The notes under the pieces were generated by a model. The model was not told the origin of the DNA. It made no database searches and was given only the letters and a program-made list of their open reading frames with translations. Positions 1 through 12,964 of a stretch of 64,000 bases of DNA are shown piece after piece; the first letter of the stretch is position 1, and the number at the start of each line of letters is the position of its first letter. The stretch is from the human T2T-CHM13v2.0 reference genome, Homo sapiens, in assembly GCF_009914755.1 (NCBI RefSeq), contig NC_060926.1, one strand, 5' to 3'. The translations under genes were made by a program, and so were the position numbers.

Positions 1-150
1 TGCCTCCCGGGTTCACGCCATTCTCCTGCCTCAGCCTCCCGAGTAGCTGGGACTACAGGCGCCCGCCACCACGCCCAGCTAATTCTGTTTTTGCATTTTT
101 AGTAGAGACAGGGTTTCACCATGTTAGCCAGGATGGTCTCAATCTCCTGA
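1..150 (-). mobile_element. Alu (AluY/AluSc-like), 5'-truncated, runs off the window start
   Basis: Reverse-complement Alu text GGGTTCACGCCATTCTCCTGCCTCAGCCTCCCGAGTAGCTGGGACTACAGGCG...GTTAGCCAGGATGGTCTC; similarity stops at about 150. Confidence 0.95.
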
Positions 151-588
151 TAAAGGTCAGTTTTATACATGATGGGCATCTATCCTTTGTGCTAATAATA
201 TTCATATATTGCCAATATTAGTTGATTCATTCACTCATTAAGCCACTCAACAAATACTAATTATCTAGAGAGTGCCAATGGCCATCAGCATTCCACTCAG
301 AGTTTATTATCCTACAAAGGGTACATCTGCCTTTATGTATTATATCCTGGAAGAGAATGTGCCTACTCCTTTATTGTTGATCTTTACATTCTTAGTCTTT
401 AACCATGATGTAACAATATTTTTCTGTGCTAACTAAAGCAACATTGAATTAATGTAAAGGAGACTCTCTTTGAATTTCCAGCTAACTGGCTTGCCAGATA
501 TCTAGTGTTTCTATTTTATTGTAAGATATTCCATGCTATGTCCATCTCACACCAAAGGCTTACAGTTATTATTTTACTAGATGTATTC

Positions 589-2343
589 TGTATTTGACAA
601 TTCTCACGCAGCTATGAAGAAATACCTAAGACTGGGTAATTGCTAAAGGAAAGAGGTTTAATTGACTCACAGTTCTGTATGGCTGGGAAGGCCTCAGGAA
701 ACATACAATTATGGCAAAAGGGTAAACAAACACATCCTTCACATCCAGGTCATGCTTATGCAAAAGGCAGGCTCCCATGGCCTGGGAAAGCTCTGCCCCT
801 GTGGCTTTGCAGGGTACAGCCCCACTCCTGGCTGCTTTCATGGGCTGGCATTGAGTGTCTGTGGCTTTTCCAGGAACATGGTATAAGCTGTCAGTTGATC
901 TACCATTCTAGGGTCTGGAGGACAATGGTCCTCTTCTCACAGCTCTACCAGGCAGTGCTCCAGTGGGGACTCTGTGTGGGGGCTCTGACTCCGTATTTTC
1001 CTTCCACACTGCCCTAGCAAAAGTTCTCCATGTGGGCTCAGCCCCTGCAGCAAACTTCTGCCTGGACTTCAGGAGTTTCCATACATCCTTTGAAATCTAG
1101 GTAGAGGTTCCCAAACCTCAATTCTTGACTTCTGTGCTCCTGTAGGCCCAACACCAGTTGTAAACCATCAAGGCTTGTGACATGCACACTCTGAAGCAAT
1201 GGCCTGAGCTGTCCATTGGCCTGTTTTAGCCACAGGTAGAGCTGAAGCAGCTGGGACACAGGGCACCATGTTCCAAAGCTGCATAGAACAGGGGGTGCCT
1301 GGCCCAAAATATTATTTTTTCCTTCAAGGCTTCCAGCCCTGTGATGAGAGGTGCTGCCATGAAAGTCTCTGACATGCCCTAGAGACAATTTCGCCATTGT
1401 TTTGGTGATTTACTTTGTACTCCTTGTTTCTTATGCAAATATCTGCATCTGGCTTGAATTTCACCCCATAAAATGGGGATTTCTTTTCTATCACATCAGG
1501 CTGCAAATTTTCAAAACTTTTATGCTTTGCCTCCTCTTGAATGTTTTACCACTTAGAAATTTCTTCTGCCACATACCCTACATCACCTCTCTCAAGTTCA
1601 AACTTCCACAGATCTCTAGGGCATGTGCAAAATGCTGCCAGTCTCTTTGCTAAAGCATAACAAGAGTCACCTTTGCTCCAGTTTCCAACAAGTTCCTCAT
1701 CTTTATCCGAGACCACGTCAACCTGGACTTCATTGCCCACATCACTATCGGCTTTTTGGTCAAAGCCATTCAACAATTCTCTAGGATGCTCCTAACTTTC
1801 CCACCGCTTCCTGTCTTCTGAGCTCTCCAAGTCTCTAGGAAGTTCCAAACTTTCCCACATTTTCCTGTTTTCATCTGAGCCCTACAAACTATTCCAACCT
1901 CTGCCTGTTACCCAGTTCCACATTTTTGGGTGTCTTTATAGAAGCATCCCGCTCTCTGCAGTACCAATTTACTGTATTAGTCCATTCTCAAACTTCTGTG
2001 GAGAAATACCCAAGACTGGGTAATTTATAAAGAACAGAAGTTTAATTGACTCACAGTTCCACATGGCTGGGAAGGCCTCAGGAAACTTAATCATGGCAGA
2101 AGGTGAAGCAAACACATTATTCTTCACAAGGTGGCAGGAGAGAGGAGTGCTGAGCAAAGGTGGAAAGCCCCTTAAAAAACCATCAGAGCTTGTGAGTGCT
2201 CACTCACTATCATGAGAACAGCTTGAGGGTAACCGCCCCCATGATCTAATCACCTCTGACTAGGTCCCTCTCATAACATCTGGGGATTATGGGAACTACA
2301 GTTCAAGATGAGATTTGGGTGGGGACACATTCAAATCATATGA
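589..2343 (-). mobile_element. THE1D-like MaLR provirus: partial 3' LTR (589-744), internal region (745-1972), complete 5' LTR (1973-2343)
   Basis: Two homologous LTR ends (TGTATT..TTCTCA..AGACTGGGTAAT..TTTAATTGACTCACAGTT..GGCCTCAGGAAAC) at 589 and 1973. THE1-int text lies between them and abuts the LTR at GTACCAATTTAC. The LTR ends GAGATTTGGGTGGGGACAC..CATATGA. Confidence 0.92.
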
Positions 2344-3490
2344 TATATTTACACACATCTACAGCTACTCATTGAGATGTATGTTTACTAAAAATCTGTT
2401 TTTATTCATAATCTATTTATATCATTTTGATTTGATATTGAAATTACAGAATAGGATCAAATTTATTTAAAAATAAGAATAAAAAGCATAAAAGCAAGAA
2501 TATCCTTACCTATGGAAGAAATTTATGATTACGATGTCATGATTTAAGATAAGCCCTATAAATAATTTCACATCTATAAAAGACTAAAACAAATTATCAA
2601 CATCTTTAAAAAATTATCTTCAGAATTGTTTCTCAAATATTTCTGAATTTAAAACCCACAGTAAAGAAAAACATGCTGCTAATTTAAGACAATAAAATCT
2701 GTCATTTGTGTGTTTCCTGCAAGTCTTATATTACTGTAATTGAAAGTATAATATTAATTTTTAAATTAGTACATTAAACGTTGAAGTTCAATATCAAGAA
2801 AAACTATTTCTACATAATTTTTAATTCATCTCGACTATAAAAATAACATCCCTGGAAGGTACAATAGGTGGAGGAGTATATTTCAGACAATTTCAAGTAG
2901 ACTTCTTGATCTGGTTAGAAAAGAAGGAAAAATAATGGTCAAATACATTTGAAAAATCTCACATGGGGCATTCTTCTCTTAGCTTTGCACCATACATATT
3001 AATTTTAGGAATAGTTCTAAAATAAAAAAACTGTTTAACTGACTTTGTTTATAACTCCGCATTCTCCATTATCTTTGACCATGGTTCCTGGTTCTACTTA
3101 GAAACTAATGTCCCATGAACCAGTGACTGTGAAACATAGTTTTAGAAATGCTGAGCTACAAAATACTTTATATAAATCTATAGATTTTAGTAGGCTGCAT
3201 GAAACTCATCACTGCAGATTTCCATGCCAGTTGCAGATAAAAAATGTGTTACTAGAGTAATAATGTGAGAGTGGACCATATGCAATTTAGAATACTCTTC
3301 ACAAAATGAGAATTTCCAAACTTCCCAGATTTCTCTATTTATGTTCACAAGTATAGTGCACAGGACACATATTTTATTAAAGCTTGATTTAAAATATTTG
3401 GTCTTATTTTTTATTTCTCAATTTTTGGTTTAAAACATATGGTAAATATACAGGTAAGAATAGAGAAAAAAAGATATATATATATATATA

Positions 3491-3516
3491 AATTCAAAGT
3501 ATATATACTTTGAATT
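3491..3516. repeat. 26-bp perfect palindrome next to a (TA)n run
   Basis: AATTCAAAGTATA|TATACTTTGAATT is its own reverse complement. Confidence 0.95.
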
Positions 3517-4749
3517 AATCTTACAAAGTGTAAATTTGGAAAGATTTTATTGTAAAAGGGCATGAAAATGAGTTAGGTTTTTTTCCTCCAGTGGCATAGA
3601 ATGCCTTAGACAGGATTTAGAATGGAGAGAGTAAAGGTAGATGAGGCTTTAGTGTATAAAGCACTAAGAGAAGTATGTGGTGTAGTGTGTTCAGACAGGG
3701 ATCAGCCACGTACATCAATCTTTGCACCCTTCTCTGCATGCAAATGTAATTAATAAATGTAATATGCACCAGAATAAAGGCATGTCTTTCACAACTATAA
3801 ATATTATATTATCAGTATTCAACAAAAAGAATATAAATATGCCAACTCTTATGTCAGGCAGATCCAGGTTGATGTAAAGTGCTTGCCAGAATATGCATCC
3901 ACATGAACATAACTACAGCTGTTGTCACATAATTCATATTCTTAATGCAGGACTTGGCACAGGTAGAAGTTTTTTTGATGGGAGGGCATATCAGAGCTTG
4001 CATTCTAGGCAATAGTTTTTTGATGGGTAGTATAAAATGGAACTACGTTTTGCATTATGGTGAACCATTTACATGTCCAGGAATGGACAGTCACTATCAT
4101 CAGTATATAGACCACACTGTAGATGTTTTTTACTTATTCGGCAGCAAGCCCAAATAATATGATTAATCATATTGTTACATATATTTTAGGATAAAGCTAA
4201 TTTTAAATGGAAAATATACACTCCCCTATCTTATTTTATATTATATTATGGTATAACATTAATATACATTCACCATCTTAAATTCTACCTTAAAAATTGG
4301 TAAAATAAGTATGCATATATTTATACATATATATGTGCATACATATATACATATATACACGTACGTATACCCACACACATATTCATATGACTCATGCCTT
4401 TTGCCTCACATTTAAGACCAATGTTTGAGTAGATATTTTACAAACAATATTCACAATCGCCTACCATAAACTATTAACACAGCTAAATTTAAGTTAAAAG
4501 TGATCTATATTGTAAAATCATCTATGTATAGGAAGCAACGGAAAGTCAAAGAACCACAGAGACTCTGAAACAGGAGAGGTGACTTGGATGTAAGGCAGTT
4601 GTAGAGGTCTTAGCAGAATGAGTCCATTGATTAAGCTTCAGTTTTGCATCACTGATATTAGTAATGTACTCTACATGTGTACATTTATCCAGTCTTCCTA
4701 TCAATGATATATTCTCTTCTATGTTTATACACTTTTATTATTCATAGGC

Positions 4750-5130
4750 TGATATGGTTTGGCTCTGTGTCCTCATCCAAATCTATTCTTGAATTGTAAT
4801 CTCTATAATCCCTACTTATCAAGGACTGGACCTGGCAGGAGGTGATTGGATCATGTGGGTGGTTTCCCCCGTGCTGTTATCATGATAGTAAGTGAGTTCT
4901 CATGAGATCTCATGGTTTAATAAAGGGCTCTTCCCCCTTCCCTCATTTGTTCTCTCTCATCTGCCACCAGGTAAGGCGTGTGTTTGCTTCTCTCTTGCCT
5001 TCCACCATGATATTAAGTTTCCTGAGGCCTCCCTAGTTATGCAGAACTGTGAGTCAATTAAACCTCTTTCCTTTATAAATTATCTGGCCTCAGGTATGTC
5101 CTTACAGCAGTGTGAGAATGAACTAATACA
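4750..5130 (+). mobile_element. THE1D-like solo LTR (ERVL-MaLR)
   Basis: TGATATGGTTTGGCTCTGTGTCC...GAACTGTGAGTCAATTAAACCTCTTTCC...GAACTAATACA; flanks ATAGGC/GTAGGC look like a TSD. Confidence 0.92.
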
Positions 5131-5333
5131 GTAGGCACTTACTGTTTTACTTAGTTTCTGTTTCTTCATAACTTCAGTTAAAATTGCCACACCATAGCAT
5201 CTTCTAGCTTATGCATGTTTTAGTTTCAACTTCTGTTAATGCCTGATTAACTTCGTATTTCTCCATTCTTTTTCCTGAGAATAAAAAAGCTATTATATTT
5301 CTGTTTATGTGTTCACAAAATACAATACCCTAA

Positions 5334-6924
5334 TGATGGTGGCAGTGACCTGTCTGGAGCAGCTGCTGTGGGGATGCCAGCTCAGCAGGGGAGGCACAGC
5401 TGGGGTTGTGCACTCCACTGAGCTGGTAGGAGCCAGCAGGACCTAGGAACACATGGGATCCCTGCCCCCTACAGAGTTGGCAGGGTGGGGGTCCCATGCT
5501 CCCAGGCATACCTGCAGCTGCCTAGCTGTGGCTCTGGATCCAGGCATCCCTGAACTCTCAGGGGCCCAGGAAGCCCCTGCCCTCATAGCCCCAGACGTCC
5601 CTGCTCCCACTCCTTGGACTCTCCCTGCTCCTAGTGCCTGCTCCGATTTCAGAGCAAAGTTGTGGCCAATCCTGGGCGCTGTTGTGACCCAGCCAGGTGT
5701 GCATGTACTCGGTGCAGTACTCACACACCAGCCCCCTGCTGTCTTGGCCGCTTCTGGATTTTGTGTGCCAATGAGCATGAGGGGGAGGCCAGGGGGCCCT
5801 GAGGCAGCTTGGCATCGGCCTGCAGGCACCTCTCAACACAAACAGCCTGGATGCCATGGACAGCATGTTGATGGCAGGGGGGAAGACAGGTTCCTGGGTG
5901 GAAAGGGCCAGGTCCCCAGTAAAACCTCACATTGAAGCCAGGGATAGCCTGAAGACTGGGGGCTGGGCTGCCAGTTCCAGGTGGATTCTTTAGCCCAAAG
6001 TGAGAACTTACGGTGCTTTTTCCAGGGCCACCCATGGCCACCCATGGACCAATCAGCACACACTTTCTCCCTTCTGAAACCATAAAAACCCCAGACTCAG
6101 CCAGACTCAGACAGATGTTGGGTTGACCTGCCTGTGGAAGGTCTTGTAGTGGTCTTGTCCCTGCTGAGAGATGGACACCCACTGAGACAACCTGTCTGTG
6201 GAAAGGAATTATCCACTTGGGTCTCCTCTCCTGAGAGCTGTTCTGTTGCTCAATGAAGCTCCTCTTCATCTTGCTTACCCTCCAGTTGTCCACATACCTC
6301 ATGCTTTAGGATGCAAGACAAGAACTTGGGACCTGCCAAATGGCAGGACTGAAACATCTGAAACACAAACAGGGCTGAAACATGCCCCCAAACATGCCCC
6401 CAGCTCACTGTGTCATGAGTGACAAAAGGGAGAGAAGAGCTGTGGCCATTCTGGGAGCCTAGACCTCGGGATTCTCTGAGCTAAGGCTGTGACATGCTGT
6501 AACACCCTCTTTGGGGCTCTGTGGTTCCTGGCATCACTGAGCTTTTGGACAGTATCATGTTTCCCTAGTCCAGCTGCTGGTGCCTGCAGCAAAAGCCTCT
6601 CGTTGTAAGTCTGGTTTAGCTGCAGCATCACACGGAGCCAGCACCTGTGCCAGTGCATGGCGCTATCCACCCCACTGGAGCTGGCACACCTAACTGTGCA
6701 CAGTGGCTGGACTCCACTATTACTCACTCACACGCCCCTTGCAGCTCTGCACCTGGATCACTTTTGGTAGGCATGGGATCCCAGCCAGTAGCACTGCCTG
6801 AACGCAGCCTGCCGGGCCGAGTGGGTAAAACGAGACCAGCAGATGCAAGCAAAACTCAAGAGGAGGCACTGCCTGCCACAGAGGTTTCTAGCAGGTGAAG
6901 CAACACTGTCAGGATCCCGTGACA
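5334..6924 (+). mobile_element. MER52-family solo LTR (ERV1), about 1.6 kb
   Basis: GC-rich block from TGATGGTGGCAG..TCTGGAGC to GGATCCCGTGACA with TG...CA termini and a perfect 4-bp TSD CTAA (5330-5333 / 6925-6928). Homologous to 45850-46818. Confidence 0.88.
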
Positions 6925-7399
6925 CTAATGCAGCTTGGGTCACCTGCATTCCCAATGTTCAGTCATCTTTGATTGTGAAATGGGGTCATGTGGCCTGTAC
7001 ACAATTACTCTAGACGAGGATCAACAATTGCATTGGTATCTCTGAGAAATCTTCATGATGTGTCAGCCTCCATAATTAGCAGGTGAACTATAAAATATAA
7101 TTATTTTCTGCTATAATTATATTTTGAGTTAAGGTATCTATACAGTATTTACTATCTAAAATGTGATGACTCTGTGTAACTACATATTAGATACTACCTC
7201 TGTGAAATACGCATTTCAGTTAAACATTTAAGTCCTTGTAGCACAGACAAAAGAATTTAAGTCTCTGTACATATTTTCTTCTGAGATATTATTTTGCTAT
7301 TACTACTATAATATTTAAAATTATTCATAGTAAATATGTTCTAGATGGAACAGAATTTTTATAAAATCTGTGTAGATTAAAGGGATTATAAATAAGTGG

Positions 7400-8565
7400 T
7401 ACCTGTATATCCACCAACTTTATTTGTGTAAAGAAGGTATATCAATTATATTTGTAAGCTCTTTTGAGCTTTCCCTGCTTTCATTTCCCCTCTCTTACCT
7501 ATAGAGCGATCAATATTCTGAGTTTTTTATATATAACAAGTATTTTTTCTCGCTTATCTTCACAGCTTTATCACATATTTAATGTACAAATACAATACAA
7601 AGTATTTTAGGTTTTTGTTCTTTGTAAAATTGTAACCATATTACACAAATATTTTTAAGCTTGGCTTTTTGCACATAGCATTAGGTGTCTGAAATATATT
7701 TATGTTGTTAAATGTAGTTGTAGTTAAATTTCTATTGCTGGTATTCCATGGAACAAATGCACCAAAAATTTATTCATCTATTCTGATGTTGATAGACATT
7801 TTAGTAAATTTCTGTACTTTGCTATCACAAAAAGTGCTGCTATAAATAATTTTGTATATATCTTTTCATGGATTTTTTGTAAGTTTTTCTCTAGGGCGTA
7901 TATCTGTATATATATAACCTGAACTCTTTCAGATTACTTAAGACTTTCACTAGGAGTGGAATTGCTGTCTTAAGATATGAACATTGTGAACTTTACTATA
8001 TAATGTGAATTTCTTTCCCAAAATGCTATGCTAATTTTTACTCATGCTATAGCCATAAGGCTTCCCATTTTCTACTTTATTGTAAACACTTGATCCTGTT
8101 GGGTTTTTATTTATGTATGTATTTATTTTTATGTATGTACATATGTATTTATTTATATTATGTATGTATGTATTTATTTATACTATGTATTTAGTCACCA
8201 CTAAAATTGGTAAAAATAGTATTTTGTTTATTTTGTTTATGTTATTGTTGCATTTATCTGATTGCCAGCGTGACTGATAACCTTTATTTTTAGTGATTTT
8301 GCTGCTAGGTTTTTCTCAGAACTTTTGTTTATTTTTCCAATTTATTTGCCTTTGTTAATATTTGTTTAAAATATTTTCTAACATTTACTTATACCAATCT
8401 ATTCTCAGCTCTATAACTAATTACTCCTTAGCATCTGTGGTTTGTCCTTTCATGTTTTATGTAATACTTTAATAAACATAATTTCTTAATTTTAGTGAAT
8501 TAACATGCATCAGCCTTTTTTTGTGATTTGCTCTCTCTGCTTCTTGCTTAACACATGCCTTTTGA
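7400..8565 (-). mobile_element. Old L1 (L1ME-like) 3' region, highly diverged
   Basis: Antisense L1 3' motifs TTTATTCATCTATTCTGATGTTGATAGACATTT, GCTATCACAAAAAGTGCTGCTATAAATA and CTAGGAGTGGAATTGCTG. Confidence 0.7.
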
Positions 8566-8571
8566 GATATC

Positions 8572-8720
8572 CTCTTACACCTGTCAGAATGGCTGCTATT
8601 AGAGTCAGAAAACCACAGACACTGGTGTGGACAGGGAAAAAAGGAAACACTTAGAGACTGTTGATGGGTATGTAAATTAATTCCTTGAGGAACTACAATT
8701 TTAAAATATCTCAAAGCTAA
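8572..8720 (+). mobile_element. Short L1 ORF2 C-terminal fragment
   Basis: CTTACACCTGTCAGAATGGCT..TATT..AGTCAGAAAACCACAGA..CTGGTGTGGA..AAAAGGAAACACT matches sense L1. Confidence 0.7.
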
Positions 8721-9671
8721 AGGGAAATTTCTTATTTCCAATTTTGTTTTTTCTTTCGCTTTTTTGGTAAGAAAATGCATCTTTAGTTGGACATTTAGCC
8801 TTGTAATACGAGTACAGTTTAAATTCTGAGCTTTTTAACTACAGAGAAGAATTATTTATAATCAGAAGTTATTAAAATTTGATACTTAAACCTCTGACTA
8901 GCTTTAAAATATCTAATATTTTATTTATTAATTAAATCATTCATTACTCTTTGTCAGTTTTTTAATAAATATTTATTAGTATCTACTGTATGCACAAGTT
9001 ATGTATTTACCAGGGAATCAATAGTAAAACAGATAGATATGTGTCTTTTCTTGTGTAGTTTATATTTCATCAAAAAGGTAGAATTTGAACAACATTTTAT
9101 TATGAGAATTGTGAAGGAAAAAATACATGGTATTAGTATATAATTTTTTATTTACAAATTGTAAATATGGTCAATTTTTTCTTTTCCCTTATGACTAGGA
9201 GAATATTTTGTACATAGTAGTATTTATGTAATTATTTACTTAGACTAGGTTGGACTTACATCTCCCCATTTTATTTTTCTGCAGTAAGGGGTTTGAATAT
9301 ATTTATGGACATTTGATTGAAGACATATATGAGAATCTTATTTTTCTAAATGTTCATTTTTAGTAATTCTTAAGTGATTATCTTAAGGATACATCTTAAT
9401 GGTTATTTTCACCTGTATTATCAAATGCAAATTTTGTAAATGTGGATGAAATCTTAGTATAAAGTATTATAGTAGATCTACTAAGCTTTAATAGTTTTTC
9501 ATAAAAACAATTATAAAATTAAAATAATTTGGAAGTTCTACTAACCTGCTAATATTTCATCAACCTTCATTTTGCCCCCCTCCTTATTATATTTTAATAT
9601 TCTATTTCAATCTCATTTGAGAGAAGATAGGCTAAAATGATAGATGAATAGATTGAGAAATGTAAGTGTTG

Positions 9672-9974
<303 letters not shown>

Positions 9975-10104
9975 TCATCATCTTCATCATCTTTATCATC
10001 ATCCTGTCATCTAGTTTGTATTCAGACACTACCTATTTTGTTTTTCATCTTAAATGTCATCATGGCAGGGACAGAAAAGACCATTGATTGTATAACACAC
10101 ACTA

Positions 10105-10290
10105 GCTCATATTTATTGATGGATTACTCTGTTCTAAGAGAACATTTCTAGGAACTTTCTCTATATTTATTTTATAATTTTATCTTCTGAGCATTAATAT
10201 GTCTATGAAGGAACTGAGTTACTAAGACATTATGTAAACTCTCAAGGACACACAAGTAATGAGAAGTGAAACTAGGATGCAAAACCGGAC
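10105..10290 (-). mobile_element. MIR fragment
   Basis: GAAGGAACTGAG...CAAGGACACACAAGTAATGAGAAGTGAAACTAGGAT resembles the antisense MIR core. Confidence 0.5.
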
Positions 10291-12476
10291 AATATTACCA
10301 GGAAGCAATTTTATCCACGTTCCTCTAGCCCATTGATTATTGGAGACATAGATACATTTAGACATAGAAAAACGTTTTGATGTTAGTTTATTTGCGGTCA
10401 TGTCACACTATAGGCCTATTCCTGGGGAAGAAAATAATCACCTCAATGATGAGATTGCATTTAATAGCAGATTATAAATTATTTCTCAATTAAGAAGATA
10501 AAATAAATCTAATGAGCACTGCATAACTACTCTCTGTGTGCCTCATAAATTATTGCCTATTGATTTCCTTAAAAATGTAAAAGCTCACAATCCACTGTCT
10601 AATTCTTTACTACAGAAAAGGGATTCATAAAGGTAGGGAAGGCAATGGGTTCACACATATCTAAAATAGAAGACAAAAGTTGTTGCAGAACTAAAGCTGA
10701 ATAAATAAGGACCCTTAGGTAGCCATTTCCCCCCTTCCTCTAGTTTACCACCACCACCAATAACCACAAAAAGAACTCAACAGTGACATTAGTAGCTTAA
10801 ATGTTGAAATAATTCCTGTCCTTTGAGGTTACATCAGTGGTAGAAAATTCAAGAATATCTTTTCAAACCTGTCAGTTAAAAGATAATTTTTCCTTCTTTG
10901 ATGCCATGCCACTATTGTGACTATTTTTTTAATTGAAAATTATTATATCCTGCCTTGTCCTTTAGTTATCTATGCACATAACTGCCTATTCTAATAGACT
11001 TTAAAATGGCTGATATCTGAATGTAACTTGTGAATTTTGGGACCTAAAATTATACACAGAATCTTTAGAAATCCTTAATGAAATGCACTAAATATCATTA
11101 AACATTGGGATAATATAGTACAGCTATGTATTACACAAAGATATAATTTCCCTGGAAACTAGGTCAGAAAGGAAGTCTTTACAGGGCTTTTTCATGAAGC
11201 CAGCCATTTAAAAATTTCCCTTATAGCAACTACAAAATAGATAACTAAACAGCATGACTTTAAAACGTGAAAAAACAATCTTAGCAAGATTTCCAGAAAA
11301 TATATGTAATATATACTTCAGAAATGGTAATACATAAGTATGTTGTTTTTTTGTTTGTTTGTTTTATTTTTTCAGTCCTAGGTTTTTAATGCTAAATGGA
11401 AAAGATTAAAACAAATGAAAATAGGCACTCTGTTTTTCTTCACTCATTTTTTTTACTGTTGTTTGGTTGATTGATTAAACCATTTTTAACTTCAGCAAAT
11501 AACACATTCCATACATTTTCATACTTTTAAAATTACTGTGAAATTCTTCCAAATGATTGATGGTAATATGGCTGAGAAAACGGTTTATGTGTATATTTTT
11601 AAGTAGGCATTTTTACTTGTTTTTGTTTTCATGAAAAATAAAAGATATAAATGTATGGCAAATTTTAATTTTAGAAATAGTTGTACAAACTATACAAGTA
11701 TGAGAACATTTACAATGAAATGTAGTATGTATCTTTTTTTTTCTATTGTACTACATAAAGAATCAAAAGTCTGGTTCTACCACTTATTACCTATATTACC
11801 CTGCCCCTCAATCTTAATTTATACAATGAAGAAAATAAGAAGATAACAATTTCTTTACATTCTTATACAAACTTAAATGAAAGTGTATCTGACTTTGATG
11901 ATTCATTTAGGAACAAAATGCACATATAATTATTTAACTTTCATGTTTTCACCGCATTAAACATATATACTCTCCAGGCACCTAACAGGCTAAATTCTAC
12001 AGTAGCAATACCATCGCTAAGATTTTTGTGAACTCTACATGTATTTAAGTACATCATCTTGCATAAATATTTCACTTTTATTTTCTCAGGGTTTATTATA
12101 CTTAAAATTATTTTATAAATACTGTATTTATGAACCCTATATCACAATGGCTTGCCAATGGTCTGCCGTTACAACTAAGATACTACTTATTATTCTCCTT
12201 TGAAGAATACCTGTTCATCATCTGCAAAAACCTACTTTAAAACTTGTATTCAAACTGTGAGTTCAGGCATCTTATCCATTTAGTAGTCATGCTATTACTG
12301 AGTCATCCAGAAAGAATGGGAAATAAATAAGATACAAATATTTTTCTGCTTGCCAGTTTACTGTAGCTATGTATTACAGTACATATATTTATATGTATAT
12401 TATAATAGTATGAAAAGTACTGTTATAAGAAGGATATATAATAAGCTCTACTTAGTCTCTTTACAAAGCTATAAGG

Positions 12477-12601
12477 TGTGTTAGTCTGCCTGGGTGTCAT
12501 AACATATTACCACACACTGAGAAGCTTATACAACAGATATTTATTTGCTCATGGTCCTGGAATCAAGAAGTCCATGAGCAAAGTGTAGCAAATTTGGTTT
12601 C
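12477..12601 (-). mobile_element. MLT1-family LTR fragment
   Basis: TGTGTTAGTCTGCCTGGG..CATAACATATTACCACA..AACAGATATTTATTTGCTCATGGTCCTGGA..AAGTCC is a typical antisense MLT1 end. Confidence 0.75.
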
Positions 12602-12964
12602 TGATACGGTTTGGCTGTGTCCCCACGCAAATTTCATCTTGAATTGTAGCTCCCATAATTCCCACGTATTGCAGGAGGGACCCAGCGGAAGGTAATTGAA
12701 TCACGTTGGTGGATCTTTCCCGTGTTCTTCTCCTGGTAATGAAAAAGTCTCACAAGATCTGATGGTTTTATAAATGGGAGTTCCCTTGCACAAGCTTTCT
12801 TTCCTGCTTCCACGTAAGACACAACTTTGCTCCTCATTCACCTTCTGCCATAATTGTGAGGCCTCCCCAGCCATATGGAACTGTGAGTCAATTAAACCTC
12901 TTTCCTTTATAGATTGCCCAATTCGAGTATGCCTTTGTTCGCAACATGAGAACAGACTGATACA
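12602..12964 (+). mobile_element. THE1C-like solo LTR
   Basis: TGATACGGTTTGGCTGTGTCCCCAC...GGAACTGTGAGTCAATTAAACCTC...CAGACTGATACA, 363 bp with TG...CA ends. Confidence 0.93.

Noticed and set aside
626-2157. ORFs of 60-125 aa
   Set aside because: Decayed THE1 LTR and internal sequence, with no intact gag-like frame.
5443-6955. Cluster of overlapping 65-193 aa ORFs (also 45786-46800)
   Set aside because: All lie in GC-rich MER52 LTRs on both strands, show no recognisable domain, and are not preserved between the two copies.
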